Origin: Syntrophorhabdaceae bacterium
GTDB lineage: Bacteria > Desulfobacterota > Syntrophorhabdia > Syntrophorhabdales > Syntrophorhabdaceae
Direction: 5' to 3'
DNA: 64,000 nucleotides
NCBI GenBank assembly: GCA_963666485.2
Contig: CAXXUO010000002.1
Coordinates: 512,001-576,000 of the forward strand
Shown piece by piece: positions 1 through 8,736 of the stretch; the stretch's first letter is position 1, and every line of letters begins with the position of its first letter. Made by a program: the position numbers and the translations under genes. The notes under the pieces are model-generated. The model made no database searches and was not told the origin of the DNA. It worked only from the letters and a program-made list of their open reading frames with translations.

Positions 1-1
1 C

Positions 2-418
2 ATGAAAGGCTTCTGTATTTCGATGGAGGGTTTTCTCGCAGCACCTCACAGTGAAACCGTGATCCAACCCGAGGAGTTGCTCCAAAAAATACAGGCGCAT
101 GAACAGATGTTCATAGTCGATGTTCGCGAGCCGAAGGAATTGGATGAGACCGGTTTCGTTGAGGGTGCCGTCAATATTCCCGTCCGGCAGGTAGCGGCGC
201 GTATTGAAGAATTTCCGAAGGACCTCTCCACACCCATAGTGGCATACTGCGCCAGCGGACACCGCTCATCGCACGCCGCCGTATATCTACGGGCATACGG
301 ATACCGCAACGTCAAAAATTTGGAATACGGCATGCACGGGTGGATGGATAGAAATTATCCGCTAAAGAAAGGTTCAAAGTTCAAAGTTCAAAGTTCAAGG
401 TCGCGGGAAATCTCCTAA
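2..418 (+). CDS. Rhodanese-like domain protein (sulfurtransferase); 5' end at window edge
   Basis: IVDVREPKE, GAVNIP, active-site loop YCASGHRS, LEYGMHGW. The tail SKFKVQSS is a translated heptamer repeat. Confidence 0.9.
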   Translation: MKGFCISMEGFLAAPHSETVIQPEELLQKIQAHEQMFIVDVREPKELDETGFVEGAVNIPVRQVAARIEEFPKDLSTPIVAYCASGHRSSHAAVYLRAYGYRNVKNLEYGMHGWMDRNYPLKKGSKFKVQSSRSREIS

Positions 419-451
419 TAACCTTGAACCTTGAACCTTGAACTTTGAACC
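371..451. repeat. Inverted pair of heptamer arrays (TTCAAAG/TTCAAGG ... CCTTGAA/CTTTGAA)
   Basis: GGTTCAAAGTTCAAAGTTCAAAGTTCAAGGT (371-401) and ACCTTGAACCTTGAACCTTGAACTTTGAACC (421-451), between convergent genes. Confidence 0.9.
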
Positions 452-453
452 GA

Positions 454-1479
454 TTATCTTAGTACTATCTTCCCCTTCGGTTCTTCGATAAACGTCCCGA
501 TGACATAATGCTCGACGCCAAGGCGGATGGCGGTCTCTTCGAATTTTTTCCTGTCGGCCGGTGAGATCGCTATCATGAGCCCGCCGGATGTCTGCGGGTC
601 GAATATGATATCGAAAAAGAAATCGGACCGTGCCGTCACGATGTGTTCTTTGTAGAAATCCCGGTTCCTGTATAGCCCGCCGGGGACAAACCCTGACGCT
701 GCGAAACCAACGGCTTCTTCGAAATACGGCAATGCATCGGTGCGCAATTCGACCCCGATCGCATCGCGGATCATTTCCTTCAAATGACCGGCGAGCCCGA
801 ACCCCGTGACATCGGTGCATGCATGGACATCGACGGTCAGCATGGCCTCGGCGGCTGTCCTGTTGAGCGCGGCCATGACCTTCGCAAGGCCAAGCGCCCG
901 GTCCCGATCGAGGAGTTTTCCTTTTATTGCCGTGTTCATGATCCCTGTTCCCAGGGGCTTCGTCAGGATCAGAATGTCGCCAGGCTTCGCTCCCTCGTTC
1001 AATATGACCTTGTCGGGATGGACTATACCGGTGATGGCGAGTCCATATTTGATCTCTTCGTCGTCGACACTGTGGCCGCCGAGCAGGCTTACCCCGGCCT
1101 CCCGGACCTTGTCGGCACCACCGCGGATGATCTCTTTCAAAATGGCTATGTCGAATTTGCCCGGCGAAAAGCATACGAGGTTCAGCGCCGTCTTCGGGAC
1201 GGCGCCCATGGCGTAAATATCACTTAAAGCGTTCGCGGCCGCTATCTGGCCGAACCAGTAGGGGTCGTCGACGACGGGTGTAAAGAAGTCCACCGTCTGG
1301 ACGAGCGCGATCTCATCCGTTATCTTGTAAACCCCGGCATCTTCAAACCCTTCGATCCCGACAAGAACATGGTCGTCCGCGGGTATGTCGATCCCGCACA
1401 GGATATTGGCAAGGTCACCCGGACCTATCTTGGACGCTCACCCGCCGCCGCGGACAAACTTCGTCAGTTCGTTGTCCAT
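454..1479 (-). CDS. selD: Selenide, water dikinase (selenophosphate synthetase), selenocysteine-containing, 341 aa
   Basis: ATG at 1479 with GGGAGG RBS reads MDNELTKFVRGGG-TGA(1440-1438)-ASKIGPGDL...EDAGVY...VQTVDFFTP, in frame with ORF 454..1293. Motifs ANALSDIYAMG, GGHS, TDVTGFGL, DPQTSGGL. Confidence 0.96.
1412..1426 (-). promoter_or_regulatory. Putative bacterial SECIS hairpin for the selD UGA
   Basis: Minus strand after TGA: GCGTCCAAGAT-AGGTC-CGGGT-GACCT. 5-bp stem, G at loop position 2, loop begins 16 nt after the UGA. Confidence 0.7.
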
Positions 1480-1506
1480 GTGCCCCTCCCTTAACGCTCC
1501 CGACAA

Positions 1507-1797
1507 TTACCGGGGAAGCATCTTCTTTTCTCTTCTCCTGGGCTGCGGGGCCTCTTCCAATTCAATATAGCGCTCCTCTATCTTCTCGATCCCCGCATAA
1601 TAACAGCAGTTGACGCTTTTGTAATTGTTGTCGAAGACCCGGACCTTTCCATCCTGGAAATTGATACGGACATAGCAGAACCCGCCGGGGAGCTCGGACC
1701 GTCTCTCCTCGATAACGACCCCCATGCCCCAGCGCATAAACCTCTTATGGTACACGTGATCGCCAACCTGTAAATATAAGGAATAATCCGCAATCAT
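1507..1797 (-). CDS. Small hypothetical protein, DUF3553-like (SH3/Tudor-like)
   Basis: GDHVYHKRFMRWGMGVV...VRINFQDGKVRVF pattern. Co-oriented just upstream of selD. Confidence 0.65.
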   Translation of the reverse strand: MIADYSLYLQVGDHVYHKRFMRWGMGVVIEERRSELPGGFCYVRINFQDGKVRVFDNNYKSVNCCYYAGIEKIEERYIELEEAPQPRRREKKMLPR

Positions 1798-1943
1798 CGG
1801 ATAAGCATAGCACAGAAAAAATGGAGGGACAAGACGGCCGGACTTAAGGAAGGCTAGTTGGTACGATAAGTTCGCGAGAGGAATAAATAAAAAAAATCGG
1901 CTATAGGCGATGGGCTATAGGCGATGGGAAAACCGAAAAAAAT

Positions 1944-1978
1944 AAAGACGCTGGATTCCCGCTTCGCGGGAATGACGG
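1944..1978 (-). repeat. CGTC-tagged REP-like palindrome
   Basis: AAAGACGCTGGATTCCCGC-TTC-GCGGGAATGACGG; same family as 2073-2104, 9653-9688, 9805-9841 and 61421-61454. Confidence 0.8.
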
Positions 1979-2072
1979 CCCTGAAAGGCATATAGCCGCC
2001 TTAGTCTTTAGCGGTTATATGTAAAAACAAAGACCTCTCGCACTGCGGACAGGTGCGCTACTTACGGAATAT

Positions 2073-2104
2073 CGTCACCCCGGTGCTTGACGCCGGAATG
2101 ACGG
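2073..2104. repeat. CGTC-tagged REP-like palindrome (imperfect)
   Basis: CGTCACCCCGGTGCTTGACGCCGGAATGACG. Confidence 0.65.
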
Positions 2105-2198
2105 CCTAGGGAGGATTGCGAAGGATCAACTGATAGTTTTTCGCCGTACGCCGTTAGCCGTTAGCCGTTAGCCGTTAGCCGTTAGCCGTTAGCCGCAT

Positions 2199-2230
2199 AA
2201 AAAAAGGGGACCCGAAGGTCCCCTGTTTTT
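2199..2230 (-). terminator. Rho-independent terminator after the acyl-CoA ligase (possibly bidirectional)
   Basis: A-run, AGGGGACC-CGAA-GGTCCCCT, T-run. Confidence 0.85.
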
Positions 2231-2242
2231 ATGCATATTCTC

Positions 2243-3850
2243 TTACTGATGATCCGCCCATTTGCCGAAACGCTCGCGGAGGATCCTGTGGAGGATCTTG
2301 CCAGCGCCGGAACGCGGCATTTCTTCGTCTTTGATGAAGTGGATGTTCTTCGGTACCTTGAAGCCGGCGATCTTGCCCTTGCACCACTCGCCAACTGCCT
2401 TGGCATCCATCGTTTTGCCTTCATGGAGAACGATGACCGCTGTTACCTGCTCGCCCCATTTTTCATGAGGTACGCCGATGACGGCAACGTCTTTGACGTC
2501 CGGATGTCCGCCCACACAGTTCTCAACTTCTGACGGGAAGACATTCTCGCCGCCGGAGATGATCATGTTGGCTTTTCTGTCAACCAGTGTGTAGTAGCCT
2601 TCCTCATCCCTCATGGCCATGTCGCCGGCGCTGAAGTACTCGCCCTTCATTGCGGCTTTTGTCTTTTCGGGGTCTTTCCAGTACTGCTCGAAGATCTGCG
2701 GGCTGCGTGAGTAGAGCTCGCCGACGACGTTCGGTTTGTCGATGAGGGTCCCATCTTCGTCATAAAGCTCGATGATGTCGGTGCCGACGACCTCACGGCC
2801 GATGGAGCCGAGTTTCGTCATCTGTTCGTGCGGTTTCAGGATCGTGACGATGCCTGCTTCCGTTGAACCGTATGCTTCGTACAGTGCGGAGTTCGGGAAC
2901 ATCTTGAGGATGCCCTGTTTCGTGTCGCGGCGTGCCGGAGCAGAGGAGCACAGGAGCTTCTTGATCGCGTTCAGGTTGTATTTTGCCTTTACTTCGTCCG
3001 GGAGTGCCAGCATCATGATGTAGTGTGTCGGGACGAGAGACGTAAAGGTTACGCCAAAGTCTGCAAACGTCTTGATAAGGTCTTCCGGGTTGAAGGAGAC
3101 CATGTTGTAGGCCATGACGGTGCCGCCGACCCATGTGACAACGAATGAATAGAACAGGGAGTTGACGTGGCAGCACGGCATGACGAGCAGGTTGCAGTCG
3201 TCAAAATTGAAGCTGTGATCGTAGATCATGATGAAATACTGGGAGAAGAGGTTTGCGTGGCTCTTCATAACGCCCTTGGGCAGGCCGGTTGTTCCGCCGG
3301 TGTACATGATGACCCAGATATCGTCTGCTTCCACTACCGTCGCGGGCTCTGCCGCGCTTGCCTTGGCAAGCATCTGCTCGTAGTTGATGTAGCCGTCATA
3401 GCTCGGGCTGTCAACGGCAAAGTTGATGTAGTGCTCGACGGTCTTCAGGCTCTTCTTCATTCCATTGACCTGGTTGATCCAGGGGAATTCCTTGCCGTCC
3501 GCTTTGTCAATGCCGCTCTGGACGATAAAGACTTTCGCTTCGCAATGGTTGATGATGTACTCCATTTCGACCGGCGCAAGTCTGAACATCAGCGGCACGC
3601 AGAGGAAGCCGCCCTTTGCTGCGGCGGCATAAAACTCGAGCCACTCAACGCAGTTGTATGCGAGTACGGCAAACCTGTCGCCTTTTTTCATTCCAAGATC
3701 AGCAAGGGCATTTGCCAGCCGGCAGGCCCTTTCATTCCACTGCTTGAAAGTCCACTGTTTGTAAAGGTCTTTAATACCAATTTTGTCGGGCCATTTAAAC
3801 GCATTCACTCTCAACACGTCTTTAGCCGTCATCCAATGACCGTTCTTCAT
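2243..3850 (-). CDS. AMP-binding acyl/aryl-CoA ligase (class I adenylate-forming), paralogue 1
   Basis: YTGGTTGLPKG, YGSTE, GD...DR..MIISGGENVFPSEVE, C-terminal GKI; AGGAGG RBS. Confidence 0.93.
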   Translation of the reverse strand: MKNGHWMTAKDVLRVNAFKWPDKIGIKDLYKQWTFKQWNERACRLANALADLGMKKGDRFAVLAYNCVEWLEFYAAAAKGGFLCVPLMFRLAPVEMEYIINHCEAKVFIVQSGIDKADGKEFPWINQVNGMKKSLKTVEHYINFAVDSPSYDGYINYEQMLAKASAAEPATVVEADDIWVIMYTGGTTGLPKGVMKSHANLFSQYFIMIYDHSFNFDDCNLLVMPCCHVNSLFYSFVVTWVGGTVMAYNMVSFNPEDLIKTFADFGVTFTSLVPTHYIMMLALPDEVKAKYNLNAIKKLLCSSAPARRDTKQGILKMFPNSALYEAYGSTEAGIVTILKPHEQMTKLGSIGREVVGTDIIELYDEDGTLIDKPNVVGELYSRSPQIFEQYWKDPEKTKAAMKGEYFSAGDMAMRDEEGYYTLVDRKANMIISGGENVFPSEVENCVGGHPDVKDVAVIGVPHEKWGEQVTAVIVLHEGKTMDAKAVGEWCKGKIAGFKVPKNIHFIKDEEMPRSGAGKILHRILRERFGKWADHQ

Positions 3851-4120
3851 AACAAAACCCTCCTTAGTGTGATTGATGGAAATCCCGGTATGTCTCCCAC
3901 CTTATTTTGAATACGGTGGTTCTTTGTACAGGCAATGCCTGAACGATGCCTTTTGATAGTATGCCCGGCAATGGATCCGTTGTTAAACTGCCAGAGATAG
4001 GAACAGCACTTGAAGTTAAGCTTCTGCCGCTTCTCACGTAACCCCTTATTTCAAAAACTAATCTTTACTTTTACCTTAACGGGACTTGTAAAGTCAATGA
4101 AATCCCGCGGGTGGATAAGA

Positions 4121-4144
4121 GGGCGGGGATATTGATCCCCGCCC
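4121..4144 (-). terminator. Strong hairpin after ligase paralogue 2 (terminator or stabiliser)
   Basis: GGGCGGGGAT-ATTG-ATCCCCGCCC; weak U-tract. Confidence 0.55.
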
Positions 4145-4156
4145 CGATTGTGCGTC

Positions 4157-5764
4157 TTACTGGTTGTCGCCCCATTTGCCGTAACGCTCGCGGAGGATCC
4201 TGTGGAGGATCTTGCCCGCGCCTGATCTCGGCATTTCTTCGTCGGGGATGATATAAATATTTTTCGGTACCTTGAAGCCTGCGATCTTGCCCTTGCAGTG
4301 TTCGGTGATCTCTTTCGGTGTCAGCTGTTTCCCTTCGTGAAGGACAACGACTGCCGTTACCTGTTCGCCCCATTTTTCGTGGGGTACGCCGATGACCGCA
4401 ACGTCTTTTACAAATTCATGGGAACCTACGCAGTTCTCAACTTCCGACGGGAAAACATTCTCGCCGCCGGAGATGATCATGTTGGCTTTCCTGTCGACCA
4501 GGTAATAGTAACCTTCTTCGTCACGGTAGCCCATGTCGCCCGCGCTGAAATACTGGCCCTTCATTGCGTTCTTCGTCTTTTCCGGGTCTTTCCAGTATTC
4601 TTCGAAGATCATCGGGCTGCGGGAGTAGATCTCGCCGATCTGGTTCGGCTCGGTAATGAGCTTGCCGTCTTCGTCGTAGATCTGGAGAATGTCGGTCCCG
4701 ATCGCCTCGCGGCCGATGGAGCCGAGTTTTTTCATCTGTTCTTCCGGTTTCAGGATCGTTACGCATCCCGCTTCCGTCGACCCGTATGCCTCGAAAAGCC
4801 GTGAGTTCGGGAACATTGCGAGGATGCCCTGCTTCGTGTCGCGCCGCGCCGGTGCCGAAGAGCACAGGAGCTTCTTGATCGCGTTCAGGTTGTATTTTGC
4901 CTTTACGTCGTCCGGGAGTGCCAGCATCATGATGTAGTGCGTCGGAACGAGGGAGGTAAATGTGATCCCGTGGTCCGAGAATGTCTTGATGAGGTTTTCC
5001 GGGTTGAATGAGACCATGTTGTAGCACATGACCGTGCCGCCGACCCATGTCACGACAAATGAGTAGAACAATGAGTTTACGTGGCAGCAGGGCATGACCA
5101 GCAGAATTGTGTCGTCGAAATTGAACTCATGATCATAGATCATGATGAAATACTGGGAGAAGAGGTTTGCGTGGCTCTTCATAACGCCCTTGGGCAGGCC
5201 GGTCGTTCCGCCGGTGTACATGATGACCCAGATGTCGTCCGGGGTGACTTCGACTTCCGGCTCGGCCGGACTTGCCTTTGCAAGCATCTGCTCGTAGTTG
5301 ATGTAGCCGTCGTAGCTCGGGCTGTCAACGGCAAAGTTAATGTAATGCTCGACGGTCTTCAGGTTCTTTTTCATCCCGTTGACCTGTTCGATCCAGGGGA
5401 AATCCTTCCCGTCTGCAGGATCAGCACCGCTCTGCACGATAAAAGCCTTTGCTTCGCAGTGATTGATGATGTATTCCATCTCAACCGGCGCAAGCCGGAA
5501 CATAAGGGGCACGCAGAGAAAGCCGCCCTTTGCCGCTGCGCCGTAGAAATCCATCCATTCCACGCAGTTGTAGGCGAGCACCGCAAAGCGGTCGCCTTTT
5601 TTCAGACCTAAATCGGCGAGGGCATTCGCAAGCCGACAGGTCCTGTCATTCCACTGCTTGAACGTAAATGCCTTGTACAGATCTTTTGCGCCAACTTTGT
5701 CCGGGTACTTAAATGCTTGAATCCTTAGAACATCCTTCGCTGTCATCCAGTGGCCGTTCTTCAT
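4157..5764 (-). CDS. AMP-binding acyl/aryl-CoA ligase, paralogue 2
   Basis: Same motifs and same length (535 aa) as 2243..3850; highly similar sequence. Confidence 0.93.
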   Translation of the reverse strand: MKNGHWMTAKDVLRIQAFKYPDKVGAKDLYKAFTFKQWNDRTCRLANALADLGLKKGDRFAVLAYNCVEWMDFYGAAAKGGFLCVPLMFRLAPVEMEYIINHCEAKAFIVQSGADPADGKDFPWIEQVNGMKKNLKTVEHYINFAVDSPSYDGYINYEQMLAKASPAEPEVEVTPDDIWVIMYTGGTTGLPKGVMKSHANLFSQYFIMIYDHEFNFDDTILLVMPCCHVNSLFYSFVVTWVGGTVMCYNMVSFNPENLIKTFSDHGITFTSLVPTHYIMMLALPDDVKAKYNLNAIKKLLCSSAPARRDTKQGILAMFPNSRLFEAYGSTEAGCVTILKPEEQMKKLGSIGREAIGTDILQIYDEDGKLITEPNQIGEIYSRSPMIFEEYWKDPEKTKNAMKGQYFSAGDMGYRDEEGYYYLVDRKANMIISGGENVFPSEVENCVGSHEFVKDVAVIGVPHEKWGEQVTAVVVLHEGKQLTPKEITEHCKGKIAGFKVPKNIYIIPDEEMPRSGAGKILHRILRERYGKWGDNQ

Positions 5765-5828
5765 GAGTGTGTTCCTCCTATCGAGTGTGAGTTAGTAGAT
5801 GTACGGTTGTCCTAGGGATATCGATAGT

Positions 5829-7100
5829 TTATTCCACCAGCTCAAGCAAATGATGTACCTTCTGTGGCATTTTGTTTAACAAAACGTTATCAAGCAGGTT
5901 GATCATGCAGCCCGGGCAGGCGGTAACAACGATATCCGCGCCAGTCGCTTTTATTCCATCCATTTTCTTTAATGCTATCTTCTTCGTCAGGTCATAGTGA
6001 TAGACGCTGAACGAGCCGCCCATGCCGCAGCACAGGTCGGCATTGGGCATTTCAACATATGTCAGGCCCTTGAGTGCTTTCAGTATCGCCCTCGGCTGGT
6101 CCTTTATGTTCTGGTACCTGATGAGGTGGCAGGGATCGTGCCACGTCGCGGTCTTGCCTTCGAATTCTTTTTTCAGCTTGAATTCCTCGGGCGGGACCTT
6201 CAGGATGTCGATGATGAATTCGGTGCTGTCCTTCACCTTCTTCTCGAACTCGGTATATCTTTTCTGCTGGTCCTCATTGTCGGGAAGGTATTTCTGGTAA
6301 TCCTTGAGTGTCGAACTGCACGTGCCGCACCCGGTCACGATATAATCGACATCGAGGTCCTTGTACGCTTTAATGTTGAGGTCCGCGAGCATGCGGCCCG
6401 TCTCGAGATCACCGCTGAAATAGATAGCGGCGCCGCAGCAGTTCTGGTCCTCGGGAACGATAACCTCGCATCCGTGCTTCGTAAGAAAGTCAATTATCTT
6501 AAGACCGAGTTCCGGATAGACGAAGTCCATCGCACATCCCATAAAAAAACCAACTTTAAACTTTGCCTGCTGGCCATTCTGCGGCTTGTAGACCGGTTTC
6601 ACCTGGTCGCGCAGGAACGTCTTTGACAATGACGGGAAATTCCTTTTGCCAAGCCCTTTCACGAAATCGGGGAGATGCTTGATCTTCCCTTCTGTAGTCG
6701 GCATCATCCACTGGAATTTCTGCATGAGACGGGCATATTTCCCGAATGCCTTCCTGTTGGCCATGACCTTCCGGAAAGCGAAATTCTTGATGGCACCGAG
6801 GCCTTTTTCCTTGACCATCTCGGCGCGCGCGGCGACGACAACGCGGTCGATCTGTGTTTTCGCCGGGCAGTTTGCAGCACAGCGTTTGCACAGGAGGCAC
6901 TTGCCGATGATGTCGGCCATTTCAGGGGTCCATTCCTGTTTGCCTGCGAGCGCCTGTTTAACGAGATAGTTCTTCCCGCGGGCAACGGAGGTCTCCATTT
7001 TCTCTTCCTGGTACACCGGGCAGAAGAAGCTGCAGAACCCGCATTTCATGCACTGATTTGCGTACTGCTCTATTTTTTTAAGTTCTTTCAGGTCTTTCAC
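5829..7100 (-). CDS. glcF: Fe-S oxidoreductase subunit, GlcF-like (2x[4Fe-4S] plus two CCG domains)
   Basis: CMKCGFCSFFCP, CLLCKRCAANCP, QNCCG, HDPCH, LCCG, ACPGC. Confidence 0.85.
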   Translation of the reverse strand: MKDLKELKKIEQYANQCMKCGFCSFFCPVYQEEKMETSVARGKNYLVKQALAGKQEWTPEMADIIGKCLLCKRCAANCPAKTQIDRVVVAARAEMVKEKGLGAIKNFAFRKVMANRKAFGKYARLMQKFQWMMPTTEGKIKHLPDFVKGLGKRNFPSLSKTFLRDQVKPVYKPQNGQQAKFKVGFFMGCAMDFVYPELGLKIIDFLTKHGCEVIVPEDQNCCGAAIYFSGDLETGRMLADLNIKAYKDLDVDYIVTGCGTCSSTLKDYQKYLPDNEDQQKRYTEFEKKVKDSTEFIIDILKVPPEEFKLKKEFEGKTATWHDPCHLIRYQNIKDQPRAILKALKGLTYVEMPNADLCCGMGGSFSVYHYDLTKKIALKKMDGIKATGADIVVTACPGCMINLLDNVLLNKMPQKVHHLLELVE

Positions 7101-7121
7101 TCTTAAACCCCCTTGTATAAA

Positions 7122-8504
7122 CTACTCCCAGATCTTGCCCGGGTTCATGATGTTGTTCGGGTCGATAAGGGCCTTGATACCCTTCATCATGTTTATGACG
7201 GCGGGCTCGGTGACCTTTCTCATGAATTTCTGTTTCTCGAGGCCGACTCCATGTTCTCCGGAGAGCACTCCGCCAAACTCAACGGCGGCGCTTTCAATGA
7301 TCTCATCCACTGCCTTTAAGGCGCGATCATAATGATCCTTATTGGCGGGGTCCGTCAGAACGGCCGGATGGAGGTTCCCGTCACCGGCGTGGCCGAGGAC
7401 GACGATCTCGACATCGTATTTCTTTGCGATATCCCTGATCTTCCTGACGAAGGCGGGGATGTTTCCGCGCGGTACCGTAACGTCTTCCGCGAATACCTGT
7501 TTCGCTTTTCCGAAGACAGCGGCGAAACCGGCGCGGCGGGCCATCCAGTACTTGTTGGCTTCGTCCATGTTCGGTGCAATGCGGGCTTCTTTTGCGCCAT
7601 ATTTCTTTGTGATCTCCGCGATCTTCTCCGCTTCTTTCTCGACGACCTCAGCCATGCCGTCCACCTCGAACAGGAGGCACGCATCGGCATCCTTCGGGAG
7701 GCCGATCGGCATCATCTCTTCGATCCGGTTGATGACCCAGTTGTCGATCATTTCGATCTTACAGGGGATAACGCCGTTCTCGAGTACGCGGAACACGCCT
7801 TCGCCGGCGACCGAAACATCGTCATAAACAACGCAGAGCGTCTTTCTCGCCTGGGGCAGGGGGTTCAATTTCAATTCGGCCTTGGTGATGACTCCGAGCG
7901 TTCCCTCGCCGCTGATGAAGATATGAAGCAGGTCGTAACCGACGACATTCTTCAATGTTCTGCCGCCGAGGTGAATAACCTCGCCGTTCGCAAGGACAAC
8001 TTCGACACCGAGGATATACTGTTTTGTAACACCGTATTTCACACCGGCAGGGCCGCCTGCGTTCTCAGATATGATACCGCCCATCGTCGCGCCGAGGAAG
8101 CTCTGGGGATCGGGCGGGAAGAAAAGGCCGTCTTTCATGAGCCTCAAGGTGAGGTCCTGGAGGACGACGCCCGGCTCGACCGTGGCGGTCAGGTTTTCCT
8201 TGTCGACTTTGAGTATCTTGTTGAACTTCGTCATGACCATAACAATGCCGCCATGCCAGGGAACCGATCCGCCGCTGACATTTGTGCCGCCGCCCCTCGG
8301 GGTGACCGGGATCTTTTCGGCATTGGCAATTTTCATAATGCGGGACACTTCATCAGTCGTCGTAGGAAACACAACGACATCGGGTTCGTGGATCCAGCTT
8401 GTCGTTCCGTCGTAGGAATAGGCTTTAAGAGCTTCAGGCGCTGTCAACACATTGTCTTTACCGACAATCTTCTGTAATTCGCTGATCACTGACTCTTTTA
8501 ACAT
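7122..8504 (-). CDS. glcD: FAD-linked oxidoreductase, GlcD/D-lactate dehydrogenase-like
   Basis: PRGGGT, FPPDP, KYGVT, GYDL, HAGDGNLH, GEHGVG, NPGK. Confidence 0.88.
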   Translation of the reverse strand: MLKESVISELQKIVGKDNVLTAPEALKAYSYDGTTSWIHEPDVVVFPTTTDEVSRIMKIANAEKIPVTPRGGGTNVSGGSVPWHGGIVMVMTKFNKILKVDKENLTATVEPGVVLQDLTLRLMKDGLFFPPDPQSFLGATMGGIISENAGGPAGVKYGVTKQYILGVEVVLANGEVIHLGGRTLKNVVGYDLLHIFISGEGTLGVITKAELKLNPLPQARKTLCVVYDDVSVAGEGVFRVLENGVIPCKIEMIDNWVINRIEEMMPIGLPKDADACLLFEVDGMAEVVEKEAEKIAEITKKYGAKEARIAPNMDEANKYWMARRAGFAAVFGKAKQVFAEDVTVPRGNIPAFVRKIRDIAKKYDVEIVVLGHAGDGNLHPAVLTDPANKDHYDRALKAVDEIIESAAVEFGGVLSGEHGVGLEKQKFMRKVTEPAVINMMKGIKALIDPNNIMNPGKIWE

Positions 8505-8550
8505 CCCTGGTACCCCCTGATTTTTGATATTGTTACTAATTTCACGTTCT

Positions 8551-8580
8551 TTTATATCGTGTTCAACCGCCCTTTGTCAA
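8551..8580 (-). promoter_or_regulatory. Putative sigma70 promoter of the glcD-glcF-ligase operon
   Basis: Minus strand TTGACA-N18-TATAAA. Confidence 0.55.
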
Positions 8581-8736
8581 TAGAAATCAAAAGCCCCAAA
8601 ACCCCCTGATATCAAGTATTTCGCTCTTATTACAGGCTTGCGGCCGGCGCGGGAAAATGGTATTTAATCACATGTTTCGCATGCTGAACAAAGGGGCCGG
8701 GAGCAGCCGGACCATATTTCTCAAATCGGGTGCTTT

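Larger units (their letters stand above)
1899..2195. repeat. Heptamer arms (GGCTATA/GGCGATG left; CGCCGTAC+(GCCGTTA)6 right) enclosing two REP-like palindromes
   Basis: GGCTATAGGCGATGGGCTATAGGCGATGG at 1899-1927; (GCCGTTA)6 at 2150-2191. Confidence 0.85.

Noticed and set aside
1438..1440. selD as a nonsense pseudogene
   Set aside because: The TGA is at the catalytic Sec position and is followed by a SECIS-like hairpin.
2182..2424. Small alternative-frame ORFs overlapping established genes (this and many similar)
   Set aside because: They overlap well-supported CDSs and have no motifs; expected in GC-rich DNA.
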